A stretch of DNA of 64,000 nt from the human T2T-CHM13v2.0 reference genome, Homo sapiens: the NCBI RefSeq assembly GCF_009914755.1, contig NC_060927.1; one strand, given 5' to 3'. Of the stretch, positions 13,086 to 27,409 are shown in pieces. The notes under the pieces were generated by a model. It saw only the letters and a list, made by a program, of their open reading frames with translations. It searched no databases and was not told the origin of the DNA. Every line of letters begins with the position of its first letter. Position 1 is the first letter of the stretch. The position numbers were made by a program, and so were the translations under genes.

Positions 13086-13263
13086 AAAGAGATATTTTCA
13101 CTTATTTTCCTATATGGATGCCTTTTATTTCTTTCTCTTTCCTGATTTTTCTGGCCAGGACTTCCAGTACTATGTTGAAGAGGAGTGGTGAGAGTGAGCA
13201 TTCTTGTTTTGTTCCAGTTCTCAAGAGGAATGCTGCCAGCTTTTGCCCATTTAGTGTGATGTG
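13086..13263 (-). mobile_element. L1PA ORF2 reverse-transcriptase segment (region encoding ...[21 protein letters not shown]... in intact L1)
   Basis: ggatgccttttatttctttc ... ggacttccagtactatgttgaa ... gagtggtgagagt ... cagcttttgcccatt. Confidence 0.9.
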
Positions 13264-13275
13264 TCAACACAGTCT

Positions 13276-15550
13276 AATACTTACTTACTTTAGTATGAAT
13301 GAAGTGAAACATGTTTTCACATTTTTAAAGGTGACTTTGTGTTTCTTTTGCAAATTGTCTGCTAATGTTTTCTACCTAATTTTCTTCATGATTATAATAC
13401 TTTTTTCCTCTCAATATTTTTTCAGTGTTAGGAATATTAGCCTTTATGTTACATATATCACAAATATATTATCCCCATTGGTAATTGTCTTATGACATTC
13501 ATAAGTTGTTTTTATTTTGGTCATGCAAAATGTTTGAGATTTTGGAAAAAAATTTATTACTCTTTTCTCTAATTGTATGTGAATTTTCAGCCTTATTTAG
13601 AGAACATTTTTAATATTTCAAATTCTGTTTTCTAATAATTTGAAATACTACCTCTATTAGTTTTCTAGAGCTGCTGTAACAAAATATCACAGAGTAGTTG
13701 GATCAAACAACATAAATTTATTTTATCACAGTTCTGGAGGTCAGAAGGCCAAGAGTAAGCAACCAGCTGAATTGGTTTCTCTTTGGGTCTCTATCTTTGC
13801 AGTTGGCTTACGGATGACCATCTTCTTGTGTCCTCAAGGGTCTTTCCTCTGTACAGACATGGCCCTGTTGTCTCTTTGTCCAAACTTCCTTTGTAGTATA
13901 CTTTAAACATTGATGGTGTTAGCCAAACTTCATGATTCTTCCTTTTTTAAAGTGTCTTCATAGATATTATTGTCTCTATTTTTTCTATGAAATTTGGTAT
14001 TAATTAGATCTGGAAATAGAAATCTTACTGACAGTTTTATGAAGTTCTTATTAAATTTATAACTTAGTGAAAACGTAAATATTTTGACCAAAAGCAGATG
14101 TGTTTTTATTTCTTCAAGTCTACCTTTTTGTCTTTAGAAATGATTTAGTTTATTCATATAGATTTGAAAATATCTAGTTAAGCTTTTTCCTAAGAATTTT
14201 ATATTTTTGTTTATTTTTCAACGGGGTCTTCTCTTTCATTGTATCTTTTAAGTGGTTATTATTATAAATTTTTTCATGTTAACTTTATATTCTATTCTCC
14301 TGTTGAATTATCTTATTGTTTTAGCCTTTTTAATCCTCTATGTATTTCCAGATATTCATTTGTATCATCTTCAAATTTAAAAAAATATTTATTTCAATTC
14401 TTATTTCTTCATTTTTTATACCCACTAACTATAATGAGTAATACCTGTAGTACAATATTAAATATAACTGGAGATTTAGGGCATCTTTGTCTTGTCCCTA
14501 ACCATAGTGAGAAGGGCTCTAGTGTTTTTCTAATAAGTAGAATGCTGGACTTTAAATTGAGATATATACATACATTTTATAATGTTAAGGAAGTAGCCAC
14601 TTATTCTTACTTTCCAAAAATCTTAATGAGTAATAAGTGTTGAACAAAGTGAGAATATTTTTTACAGGCTTTAGGAAGATATACTTTTCTCCTTAGAAAT
14701 ATTAGTATAATATATTAAAATATTTCACATTATTGAAATATCTTTGTATTTTTCATATGAACCCACTTCATGTTTTATTTTCTCATTATTATGATTGATT
14801 CTGTTTATCAACATTTTATTAAAATATTTTCATCAATATTTATGTATAATATTGGTCTGCATTTCTGTGCCAACTTTATTATCATTAATTATAAATTTTA
14901 TACTTACTTAATATCATGTGGAAGTTTCTTTCATTTTCTTTTCTCTAACACAATTTATGTACTATTAACACCTTCTTGTCTCTAAAATTTTGGCTTTATG
15001 GAATGTAAAACAATTTGAGGCTTTGTGTATATATGCACCCAAATCCGCCTCTGTTTTTAATTATTGAGTAGGGTGTTCCTTTATACATTTTCTTAGTTTT
15101 CTGTGTAAATTTATGTACTTAAACTGTTCATCTCCATTGAAGTCAGTTTTTGTCAACTGTTTCCTCCTATGAAGTAATACACATAACCTATGTTTTAAAG
15201 TTTATTTGTGTAGTGTGGTGCAAAATTATGTTATGCTTTTTTAAACATATTTATTTTGGGTACCTCATAGTTTATTCTTCATTTATGACTTTTTTCTTTG
15301 TCTTCCTTAGTTTAATTAGTTCTCATTGTATTTCTTACTGTTTCATGTATTTCATATCAGAGTTTTTAAATTCTGTGTATTAGATTTTTTGAAAAGTCTA
15401 AATGCTCATTTAACTATTTTAAATATTGATTAAGTGTTTTCATTTTCTTCAACTTTGTGAATGGTTTGGGTAGGGTTTTTACTGCATTTTCTCTTTCCTT
15501 CTTGTAGTATTTCATAAGGATTTTGATTCTTTCTTTTCCTAGGCATTTCT
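13276..15550 (-). mobile_element. Ancient L1ME continuation, interrupted by MLT1
   Basis: tatgaatgaagtgaaacatgttttcac; gggcatctttgtcttgtccctaac; tttttcatcaatatttatg. Confidence 0.7.
13653..13892 (-). mobile_element. MaLR LTR fragment (MLT1B/C-like)
   Basis: tattagttttctagagctgctgtaacaaaatatcac ... aaatttattttatcacagttctggagg ... ggtctttcctctgt. Confidence 0.85.
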
Positions 15551-15856
15551 TTGACACTGTTGCAAGTCCAAAAGTATCCATAGAGGTATAAATCCAGTTG
15601 TCATGTGTGACTGTCTGAAAGATATATTTACAAAAATTGTATCGTGGAGTTTAAACTAAGAATCAATAGACATTACAATCATTTCTAATGATATTTTAAT
15701 TGACAAGTCATATATTTATTTTCATTATTTTAATTATTATTTTAACTTGTTTGGAGTATTGCTGGAAAAGAAAAGTTAACGCACCCTGCCCAAGTTGCTA
15801 GTATTTCTTGTGCTGTCACACATACTGTGTGCTACATAATGAAGTGAAATGTAGCG

Positions 15857-15927
15857 TGTGTATGAGTGTGTGTGTGTAGAGACAGACAAACACACACACA
15901 CATACACACAGAGAGAAAGAGAGAGAG
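15857..15927. repeat. Compound (TG)n/(CA)n/(GA)n microsatellite
   Basis: Direct inspection. Confidence 0.85.
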
Positions 15928-16135
15928 CTAATTATGTAATTTTAAAACTCTCTATTGGTTTCTTAGCGAAAGCCTTTTGTGGCCCCAAATCTCCCAAACT
16001 CCCATTCTTTTCAAAGGGCCAATAAAAAGAAAAACATCCTATAGAAAGGGAAAGGGGTCAAGGGCAGGGTCTCTCTTCAGTTTATACAAAGCCATGGTGC
16101 TTCTAAATCAGACCTAGAACGTGCTTGACTTTCTA

Positions 16136-16492
<357 letters not shown>

Positions 16493-18278
16493 CTACACTG
16501 AACCACACTGGTTGATGTCTGCTAGAGTCTTTTTTTCAGACAATTTGACATCCTGGGATTCACTCAGCTCTCCTGGTGCCAATTCAATTGTAAATTATTA
16601 TTTGTTGTGCTGGCAGGTCACTAGGTGTGACAATGACCATATGTTTGCTAAATAACTGTATATGGGTCACAGACAAGCCTGACTGAGAAAGTCACTTGGC
16701 TACATTAGTGGAGGCAATGTGTGCTTTTAGAGAGTGAAACAAGCTGATGTCAAGAACAAACTTTGAACAGCAGGATATTGTTGACAAATGAGATCTTGTT
16801 AGTCTATGAAATCTGACACTAGTAGAAACATGTTATGCTTTTATTTCCTTTAAAAAATATATCCACAATAATGATCAGATGACCTTACTTTCTAGTTTCT
16901 GAATGTTTTTAACATTAACTGTAGTTGACCTCTGCAACAAATCCTAGTTGAAGAAGATATATGCTAATTGGCATTAGCAACTTTTAGCAAAATGATTCTT
17001 GACATGTTGGATTGCTATTTATCTTTACAGACATCTTTGAGAAAAGTTTGTTAAAATATGTAAATAGAAGCTCAGGTTAAATGTACTTCAATGGAAAATA
17101 ATTTTTAAGAACTTGAGTAGATAGATTTTAGGAAAGAAAGTGTTGTTGCTGAGTATAATTGAATTGTGTCTGTTATCTATAGCAAATCCACCGAGACTCT
17201 TTTAGGAAAAACAATGCATTATCGATTATGTCACTGTACTAATTCTTTCAAGTATATGCAATCTATTATTTTTAAAAGCTACTTACTATAAAGTATCTAA
17301 ATATTAATATCTCTACCATAAGTTCACTCCAAAATTTATTTGCTGTAGAACTATTCATTGTGGAATACATATGTTAGGATATTGCTGAGTTTAATGGTGC
17401 CTCACTTCTGAAAGATTTAACCTAAGCTGACACATTCTGGAAGAGGTACCTAAAACCTTCCTGTTAAGTATGTAAGTTAGTTACTATCTATTTCTTATAG
17501 TTCCCTTTTTTCCCCAATTGGTTAAACACACCCATGAATGTATAGCTGATTAATCTCTGTTGAAGAGGGTTTTGTTTTTCTTTTCTGCAATAGGGACGAT
17601 CATATTTCAGAAAAGAAGAAATTATGCTTTAAAGTAGCTCAATAGCTTTTGTACCTGAATAAGGCACCCCCAAAATGGAAAACATTCGCAAAAGTTATCG
17701 CGGCTCTGGGGAGGTTAAATTTGGTTCCTCAGTAAAGGGAGGCATTAAGCCCAGAGCAGCTTCATGGGTAAAGCAAGAATAACTGTTATGCGGAAGCTGT
17801 TAGCCTGACAGTAGATTGCTATCTAGGGATTTTCACTCTCTGCTAAGTTCCCTCTCACACTGTGTGAGAAATGGCAGTGGGAGATATTTTAGCTAAGATA
17901 TAAAGGAAGATGTACATTTTGCACAGTTAAAGGTGTAGAAGATCAGTCAATTCTTTAAAAGCTCCTTGGAAAGCTCAAAGACCACATCGACTTTCCAAAT
18001 GTTCTATTAGAAGTGTCCCAGATACAACTTATGGTCATATTTCCCCTGAGCTTGTTCTAGAATAAATGCAGTAGGAGTGCATCCTCCTGGCCTCTACAAG
18101 TTTAGGGTTTTTCTTGTTTACTGACGATGAGATAAGCATGCTTATATGATATGTACCCTACCTCTTATTGTTCATATATCTTGGTTATGGAATGGTTGAA
18201 ATTATGTCTTAAAATATAATTGTGTGAAATTTTTCAAGACCATTATGCAGATTATAAAAGTGACTTGGCTGACTGACG

Positions 18279-18425
18279 AAGGTGACTTTATAATTTATTG
18301 TCCAAATTTGAATGTTATGTTATAGAGAATGAAATAGGTAGCTATTAATAATTATGCCTAGAACTACTGTGGCAAACTGGGCCTTACCCAAAACAAAAAC
18401 AAAAAACAAGCTATATGGTCACCCA
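18279..18425. mobile_element. hAT-Blackjack MITE (MER94-like)
   Basis: Terminal inverted repeats ggtgac...gtcaccc. Internal taatttattgtccaaa and ctattaataattatgcc. Confidence 0.7.
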
Positions 18426-18885
18426 TTCATAGGTAATGATTTAAATATCTATATTTTTATCAATAATAATTAGGCCTCAGAAATGTCTATTAACCCTTAC
18501 TAGTAAATGAATTTTAAAATATCAAGGATTTTCTAATTAAACAGTCCTAACTGGGTGGAGCAAAGCTGGGAGGTTGAAGCTTTACTCTAAAAAGAGGTTT
18601 CATGCAGTAGTTTCATCCAGTAGCTGGTATTTAAGCTTGAATAAAGCAATGTATTAAGTTGGTTGTAAATGTGAATGAAAAATAGGAAATTCAACAACTT
18701 CCTTATTAAACAATATGAAATTAGAGCAGAAAGTCTTAGCTTATAGTTATATTTGAAATTCCTTTTTTGACTTATAATGTGAACATTTAATTTTATATAT
18801 GTAAATATATTTATCTGGAGAATTAAGTTTTAATATATCATATTTAAAATCCCTCTCCAACTTTAATATTCCGTGATGGCCACTA

Positions 18886-19297
18886 CAAATGATCCGTGAC
18901 TTTTAATGGTTCAACTTAATTTTCTGACTTTATGATAGTGTGAAATCCACAGGCATTAAGTAGAAACCATAACTTCAAATTTGAAATTTGGTCTTCCAGG
19001 TTAGTAAAATGCAGTACAATACTCTGTCAAGATACCGGGCCGTGACAGCGGGCCACAGCATAAAAAATATGCCACAGAAAAAGGTCACGAGGTAATTTAT
19101 TTGCTTCAAGTTTAAAGGCTCTCCGTCAGCTGGTTAGAAAACCAGCACCCTATCCTCTAGTACACCTTATCGTTACAATCAAGAGTGTAAACAACTGAGA
19201 CTCTGCAGGGTATCAAATGTATTTTTGACTTATGATGTTTTCAATTTAAAATAGGTTCATTGGAACTTAACCTCATAGTAAATTGAGAAGAATCACC
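18886..19297. mobile_element. Tigger5-derived element (MER47B-like)
   Basis: TA-flanked start, gactttatgatagtgtgaaa, gtagaaaccataacttcaaa, and end ttttgacttatgatgttttcaa ... aacctcatagtaaattgag. Confidence 0.75.
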
Positions 19298-19439
19298 AAT
19301 TCTGTTTTCCTGGGTATACACGAAGATACTTGGAGATGTTGAACCTTCTAAGAGACAGAGAATTTATTGGAAAGAAACATAGGCAAAGTGAATAAAAGAG
19401 AGTTCAAAGTTCTCTGGGATCCTTTATATTCTACCATTG

Positions 19440-19833
19440 TCTCATATTCATTCCTCACCTAGGTATATTGAACTACTTTAAATTCTCAACACACCTCTTA
19501 TTCCTGCATGCAGTCTGTTTCCTGCAACAAAAATGTTTTTTTTTTTTTTTTTTTGCTCTTCATTCCCTTCAACTTTAGCTTTTCTAACTCCCATTTATCC
19601 TTCAAACATTGATCTCCTAATCTCAGTTTGAAACCTGTTTGCCGAAATCTCACAGCACGCTGAGTACAACTCCATCATAACATTTTTCACAAACTCTGTT
19701 GTAATTGTTCATCTATTTTATTTCCATACTAAACTTTGAGCTCCACGTATTTTCTACCTCTGTATCACTAGGATCTAACTCAACGCTTTCCATATAGAAT
19801 GTGTTCAATAAATCACTGACTGAATTAATGAAA
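19440..19833 (+). mobile_element. L2 3' fragment
   Basis: aaactttgagctcc ... tctgtatcactagga ... gttcaataaat ... tgaattaatgaa tail. Confidence 0.65.
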
Positions 19834-20574
19834 AACAATATTCTTCCTTCAAAAAGAAATGAATCTGTAACAACAGAAAAAATATTTCTATAAATGTGTT
19901 GCTAAAATATCCATCACGTATATAATCCTGTATGTAAATCAAGGTAAAAATAAGTTAAATTTGTACTTCACTCATGCCATACTTTACAGGATTCCTTGGG
20001 ATTTATGCTGCTGGAGCTGCTGTGAGTAAAACCGCTCCATAAGGGGAAAAAATGTGCTTATGATGACCAATTCGCTGTGTTAGGCATAATAATTTAGAGA
20101 CTAAATTGACATTAATGGTTTCCAAGATGGGTCTACTTGTACACTAAATTTTGCTCTGTAGTGTTTTAGGGATGTTTCATTGAATAAAAAAAAATCTATT
20201 TTATTTCGTTTTGTGTCCTCATAGCCTCTAAATAAGCATTCCATTTACTTTATTACTTTTTGTAAAACTCACATTCTTTTTTCCAGCACTGTATACTTGC
20301 ATCTGCACGTCAGCTAATTTTAAATAGCCTTAACATAATCTTTCTTTAAGCAATATTAAATACAATAAAATATCACACACACACACACACACACCAAGAG
20401 ACACACACCCTCTCCTCACTTACAAAGTCATATGGAATCAGCATTTTATTACTGATCAAGACTGAAACATTGGTTACATAAATATATATAATGGTCAAAA
20501 CTCATCAAACTTAAAACTTAAATATTTTATTATATGTAAATTATAATTCAATTTTTTAAAAAATTAAATGTTGC

Positions 20575-21282
20575 TGAGTCACCCTTGAATTTCACTCTTA
20601 TGTCTAAGTACTCACTCAGTATTTTCACTTGAACGCTGATAGGCAATTCACACTCAATATACTAAAATCCAAACTCTTAATCCCAGCCACTTCCTAAGAA
20701 AACTGCTCTTGCCATCTTATTCTTAAATGACAGCTCCATTTCTCTAGCTCCTTAGGTGAAAAATTTGAAACAACATTGATTCCTGTCTATTTCTCACAGA
20801 CTGCATGCAACCCATGGACTCTCACTACTTGCTCTGCTAACACCCGCGTCCAAGCCATAGCCAATTCTCCCTTATCATTTACAAGGCTCCCCACTTCTAT
20901 CTTTTGCTTTCTACTGTATTTTCCTAATACACCAGTGGAGTCATATTTTAAAAAGTAGGTCAGATCATGCATTATTTTCTGCTCAAAACCATCCAATGGC
21001 ATCTATCGAAATAAAAGGGAGAAAAAGGGAAGTTTTTTTTAACCAAATGCTGTCATAACCCTGAGTTATACGTATAACTGACCTCATCCACTTCCCTGAC
21101 CTCATCACTTGCTATTCTTCCTATCATTACTTTGTTTCAGTCAAATTAGTCTCCTTGCCTTTTCTGAATGTAAAAAAAGGGACTGCCATATCAAGAGCTT
21201 TACACGAGTAATCTTTTCCTCAGATAGCCATAGTGCACATAGAAGGTTCTCAATGAATATTTGCTAAAATGAAGAATAAAAG
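20575..21282 (+). mobile_element. L2a fragment
   Basis: tccaaactcttaatc, gtcagatcatg...ctgctcaaaaccatccaatggc, cacatagaaggttctcaatgaatatttg. Confidence 0.8.
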
Positions 21283-23304
21283 AATATGACTTTTGCATAT
21301 TAGTTTTCTGTTTAGTTTCATCCCGAAACATTATAATCTCCCAGGAGTTATTCTGGCTCAAACACCAGCTCTGGAAGCACTGGCTGCTTGTTCAACCTAA
21401 TTAGCATTACTTACAAAGGAAATGTAGAGCAGCTCAGTGCAAGTGTAAAGAAAGCATTAATCAACCTGAGTGCAAAGCTTAAAGGCAAGATAGTAACAGA
21501 ATCTACTTCTCCACTCCTTTAATTATTCTGGCAGCCACAAACAAAGCAGAATGATGAGAAAGGATGGAGGCACTGGAGAGAGCTCTACCAAGATTCTGTC
21601 CCAAGGAAGTCGTTCTTTCTCTCATTTCCTTCCAAGTTTTTGGCACTTCCTCCCTATTCATTTCTCCAATCCTATATGCATCTAAATAAATAGTTCTAAA
21701 TCTCTGCAAAGTGAACTCAATCACTCTAGAGGGGAAAGTGCCTGCATTCTAAAATTTAAAAAGCCTGGCTTATTTAAATTAAATGAAAACAAAATTGCAT
21801 TCAGTGCTTTGCACAGATAGAAGGGAGGAGCAAGAAGCCTAAAACAGTATGATGCATCTGAGCATGCATTAAGACTAACTTTCTCTCTTCACTGCCGGTT
21901 CTTCCAGTCCTTAATTCATTTAATATTAGTACTAAAGTATAATTTTCAAAAGAGATAAACTTATGACTCACATACAAATATAAAATGAACACTTGTCAAA
22001 TATTTGGTCAACTAATTAATGAATGAACCAATAGACATGAAAATCAGTTCAAATGAGAGTTTAATTACAGAAATTTGTATTCTCTATGGCATACAATTCA
22101 TTCACGTCGCCAAAAACATGAATAATTCTAATTGTTGTCAGCATCAGTGTATTTTACAAGTTATCTTCTACCTCTAGAGCTGTTAAATTGCTAGTCAAAG
22201 GCAAAGTGGCACACCTCTATGGAATCAAATAATCTCCAGACAATTCACTGAACAAAGCAAGCCTGCACTCAAAAGAAAACAGGATTTCATTTTGCCCATT
22301 TTCAAGTCATTGGCAATTTTTCCTGACATTAAAAAAAAATACGTTACCTTACTTAAACATAGTAACTTTCTAAAAACACATTGTGCTGAAAAATCCTCTG
22401 AACAGGAAACTACTTTAGACATCTTTATTATATCAAGACAACAATGTGCACTTTTTTTTTTCCAGACTCTCCTTTGACTTGTGACTTTTAAAAATTTACT
22501 CTCTAGAGGCCCGATTTTAAAAAAAGAAAACAATTCTACTCTTCATTGTCACAGTGAAACAACCATTTGTCATCAGCCTGTGACTGCAAAAATGGTGGGA
22601 AAGCAATAAGAAAAAGGCTACAGTAATGCTTTATTTACATTTATTGTTTTCCATTTTTCATTTTCATGTGTCTAAATCTCGAGTGTTTCTACTAAGAGAA
22701 GAAATGGTCTTTTCTCTTCGGAAAAAGTAAACTCACTGAACAATGCCACATACATTGTACAATACTGTTCTCAGAGTTGCACTAAGACACACATAAACAT
22801 AAATACCTCCATTCTCAAGAGACTGTTATTTTAGTGTTAGACACAGGGTTGCCTGTGAGCATTTGGATTTTACAGTTTTTCATGATTGCAAATCAAGTAA
22901 GGTTTAGAATTGTATATAAAGTTTAAACTCCTTCTCACTCTAATGGCTTAGAAAATATCTTTAACAATAAGTAAATAAATTAATAAGGAAACTCTATAAA
23001 AATTTTAATCTTTTCAAAAATATCAAAATTTGAAATAAGTTGTCCCATAACACCATCACCACCAACAACAACATAACATGAAATTCATTTGATAACTTAG
23101 CCTCGATTTTAATTCTAGACAATTTTTTACTGAAGATCAAATCTTGGAAACGGTTTCACAGATCATTATTATTTGCTGAGCATACACTCATTTTCCTGTT
23201 TCACCATTTTAAAACCAGTTAAACACCTTCTTTCTATGAGGACATATTTACATCTTCTCCTGCCCTATGATGAATTTTCCTTGGGGTAACATACGCTCCT
23301 TGAA

Positions 23305-23599
<295 letters not shown>

Positions 23600-26500
23600 T
23601 GATTTGTTCTTATTCCACTTGGGGATAATAGGAAGGATACATAGAGTTCACATGAATTTACATCAAATCATCTATATTGCTATCAACAGCCAGTCTTTTT
23701 GATGCTAACATCAGTTCCATCATGTTTTATGAACTTAACATCTTACTCATTTCATTTTGCTTTTAGTTTTTCAATTGTGTGCTTGTTATTCAGTTATCTT
23801 ATGATATAATTACTATTTCAATTTAATCCTGACAGATGTTCTTGTAAAATTGAATAAATATTGCATGCATCATTCATTATTTCTTGATATGCCAACAATC
23901 CATGATGATAATAAATATTTAAATCTGTTAAAGTACATTTAAAATCTTATTTATGGTTATACCTACACATTCCCATGTAAGTAAAAGCAGATATCCACAG
24001 AAAGATGAGATGCCTCTTGAATGCCAAAGATTATACAAATCTATACTATATGTATACTATTCCATACAAATATAGCCATTTAAAAATATATGATTAAAAC
24101 CTAAGATATTAAGAAAAATAAAAAATAAAATTTTCTATTAATAACATTAAACTTGATTAGTTTCTATTTCTCCCAGTACCTAATGTTGTGAAGAAAAATG
24201 ATCACTGCTATGAAAAATAGAGAAGACAAAATAATCAGCATGATCAAAACAATATTGAATGATTTACTTTTATAAATTGTTGGACTTCAGTGAATCAAAA
24301 TGTGACATTTTGGGGAGGTTAGGCCAGTTTTATGACTGGCCTAACTAGGAAGAAAATAGATAATGGCTGGCTGAGATTCTATAATTTTAAAGTAATGATT
24401 AAAAAGTAATTTGTTTGTGTTCATTAGCTTTGCAAAAGGAATTTCTTAGCTGACTAGGTGGAGTCTAGAAATTTTCACTTGTAAATGTACTGCTTATTGT
24501 TTAAATGCTAATACTTATGGAAAGGTATAAAAGAAAAGTTAATTGTACTTACTGAGACATTTAGCTATCTCAAAGATTAGCAATTCTGGTAATTAAAAGC
24601 TATGAGGCAGTGTCCCTGAAATTTACGTGATATCCAAGTGTAATTTAATGTAATGATTTTTACTGGATTCTGTACCAATGTGTGTTATATTTATTTTAAT
24701 GTTATTTTAAAATGAATGAACATAACAATAGACACAAAGCACTTCTTAGTATAATTTTAAATAACTGTGAAGCAAATTTCAAATTAAATATAAATAATTT
24801 GGCAAAACCAACTAAATTCAATTAACGCGCCGTATTTCTTGTAGTAGATATATTTTTCTCCCCTAAAGCAGTTCACCATTGTTGAAGTTAAAAAAAATAG
24901 TAGTATCAAGTTCAGGTTTAGATTAATTGTGATTCTTTATGTTGACTTTAGTAAAATTAAGGCAGAAAGTGCCTACTAACATAGATATACTGTACAGATC
25001 ATTATTAATAACTTAAAATATGTTTGCTAGTTTCAAATAATTGCAATATACTTTTCCCATGAGCAGCTATCAATGGCTAACTTTAACAAGCTGTCTCTAA
25101 AAACTGTCTCACTCGCCCTAAGATAAATTTAGCTATATTGCTTTACTGAAATTTACATTAAGTGCTGATCTAATCCAATTATGGCTAGTGTCATGGCCGT
25201 AACATTTATTCATTTTACATTGACTGAAATATTTATTGTCAATGTACTTTCACAAGTTAGGATCTAAAAACAATATGATCAACATATTATTTTGCTAGTA
25301 GTGTGAACGTAGTAGTGATGATGATAGAATAGATTTCCTTGAATTTGATATACCTCTTTTAGGCACAATATGACGGCTTAATTTTTCCAGTATTTTTTTC
25401 TATTTGAACAATTGAACTAACTATAATTGCAAAGAACCTCTTTGGTCTACATATACTGCAAAAGTGATGGTAATCCTCAACTGAATAATTCATGAAGATA
25501 TTTAATGATTTTATGTTTATTCCAATAATGATTACTACATGCATACCATTGATGTTTATGGGGATAAAAATAAGAAGTTTTATAAAAGTTCTTATAGACA
25601 ATTCACAAACCCTTGAAAATATATTCAAATATTCCCAGAAGCCCAAAATACTCAATTAGAGAACAACTCCTATGCAGTAGTAGTATACCAGGACAAATGA
25701 GTTCCTGTATTGAATTGATGACAGTTGAGATATGGAAAGAATAAAAAGATCAGGAACAAAAGACTCCAGCTGTAAAATGATTGGTTTGAGTTCAGGATGG
25801 GGAATAATACATGTCACAGAAAAATTTCTGGGAAGCCAGAGAGAAATGTTTTGGGCATGTAGAGGCTGTTAGACCAAGAGAGAAAAAAAAAAAGGAAAGA
25901 AAAAATAAAGAAAATAGTGAGAGAGAAGGAGAAAACTACCATGTGAGGTAAACTCTGAAGTTAGCCAACTGCTAGTTATTTGAGCACAATCTGAGGAAAA
26001 GCAAGGACATAAGTATATTTTGGAGCCTTTTTTTTTAACCAAATAGAAGTTATATTTTAATTGAAAGAATCAGCAACTCTCATCTTTTGCTCTTTCATTT
26101 TTGATAGAATCAAATCTATTTATTCTCTGAATGCTCATAACAATACTTTCTAATGATGGAAATCAGCTGAATTATGTAGATTTAATTAAGTATAAGTATA
26201 ATTAAAGGGAAAAAAATGTGTCACTGAAATAACTTTTAACTTCTCAGTTAAAAAGGAAGACAGTATTCAGGTCAATGTTTCTGGCTGGAGCTATATTAAG
26301 AAACTGTTGAGTTTTCAAAAGTTATTTGACCATCTGTCTTTACTTAAGCAGGTTCTAACAGAATAGGTTGTAGGCACAGGACATAATAAGAGTATGAGGA
26401 AGTGTTTCAAGAAGATCACCCTGAATTACTTGTTTGAAAAATGTTATAGATTATAGAAATGAATACAATAGAGTTGTTTTACCTTTTTTAAAAGTTCATA

Positions 26501-27409
26501 CTTTCATCTGCAGTATAATGTTAAAATAAAAAATAAAATTATCTATACATATTTCTCATGAATTTGAAATGAGAAATTGGGGTCACAAGATTACTTGTGT
26601 TGCTATTTCTTCTGCCAAATTGGAACTTCTCTGTTTTACATATCACCCAAGAGTTCACAATGAATTATTCTAGGCTTGGACAGCTCCTTTTATTGAAATC
26701 TCTGAAAATAAATGCAGGAATACTCAGCCAGAAACTCTGAGCGGGTGCTAGCTGACACTGTTAAATAATCTCTTGGCCCAACTTCTTAGTGCCTCCTATG
26801 TTCTCTCACAAAATCATGCAGACAGATATCTGTAGCTCAGTAATTCTACAGTTAATGTTAACTCTCAAAAGGCTATAAAAACACTACACCAATTATCTTT
26901 ATTTAAAAATCTTTCAAACAGCAAAATAGTTGGGATTACATTACAGATTAGTACTGTCTTTTATAAAATCCTTTTATAAATTATGATTTCACTAACATTC
27001 ATAAAGTCCTTCTACTTGTGATAGATGAGACAGAGTATCATTGCAGCCCTTAAATATTGCCTATGTCTACTAATTAGAATGCTTCCCCAAAAGTGGGTGA
27101 GCCTAGTAAAACTATGAAGTGGCATTAACTCTCAGATGACTATGAAAGTTTGGTCTTAAGACAACATCTGCCAATTTTCCTTTTGTGATCTTAGAGCATC
27201 GTTACCCAGAGGGAATTTCAATCAAATATTTCTGAGTTTAATGTTTCTGAAGATTACTTTCATAATTATACTATTTGATTCGTGAAATGTTGAAAAGCCT
27301 CCTATGCTTCCCAGTCAGAAAGATGAAGATTCACTTCATTCTTCTTCATTCATTAATTCTACTCAGGAAGCAATCAATGCTTTCTGAAGCATATATCTAT
27401 GCTTATGCG

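Noticed and set aside
14239-15383. Hydrophobic F/L/I-rich ORFs resembling membrane or mitochondrial proteins (also 2102-2989)
   Set aside because: They are antisense readings of A-rich L1 sequence, and no NUMT motifs were seen.
19990-20021. Plus-strand 32-nt micro-exon (tactttacag|...GCT|gtgagt)
   Set aside because: Weak pyrimidine tract and weak exonic donor bases, with no partner exons. Expected by chance in 64 kb.
25359-25655. 98-aa minus-strand ORF in unique DNA (likewise 22225-22533, 32889-33212, 53991-54348, 56054-56356)
   Set aside because: Composition reflects AT-rich background, with no recognisable domain, convincing start context or splice structure.
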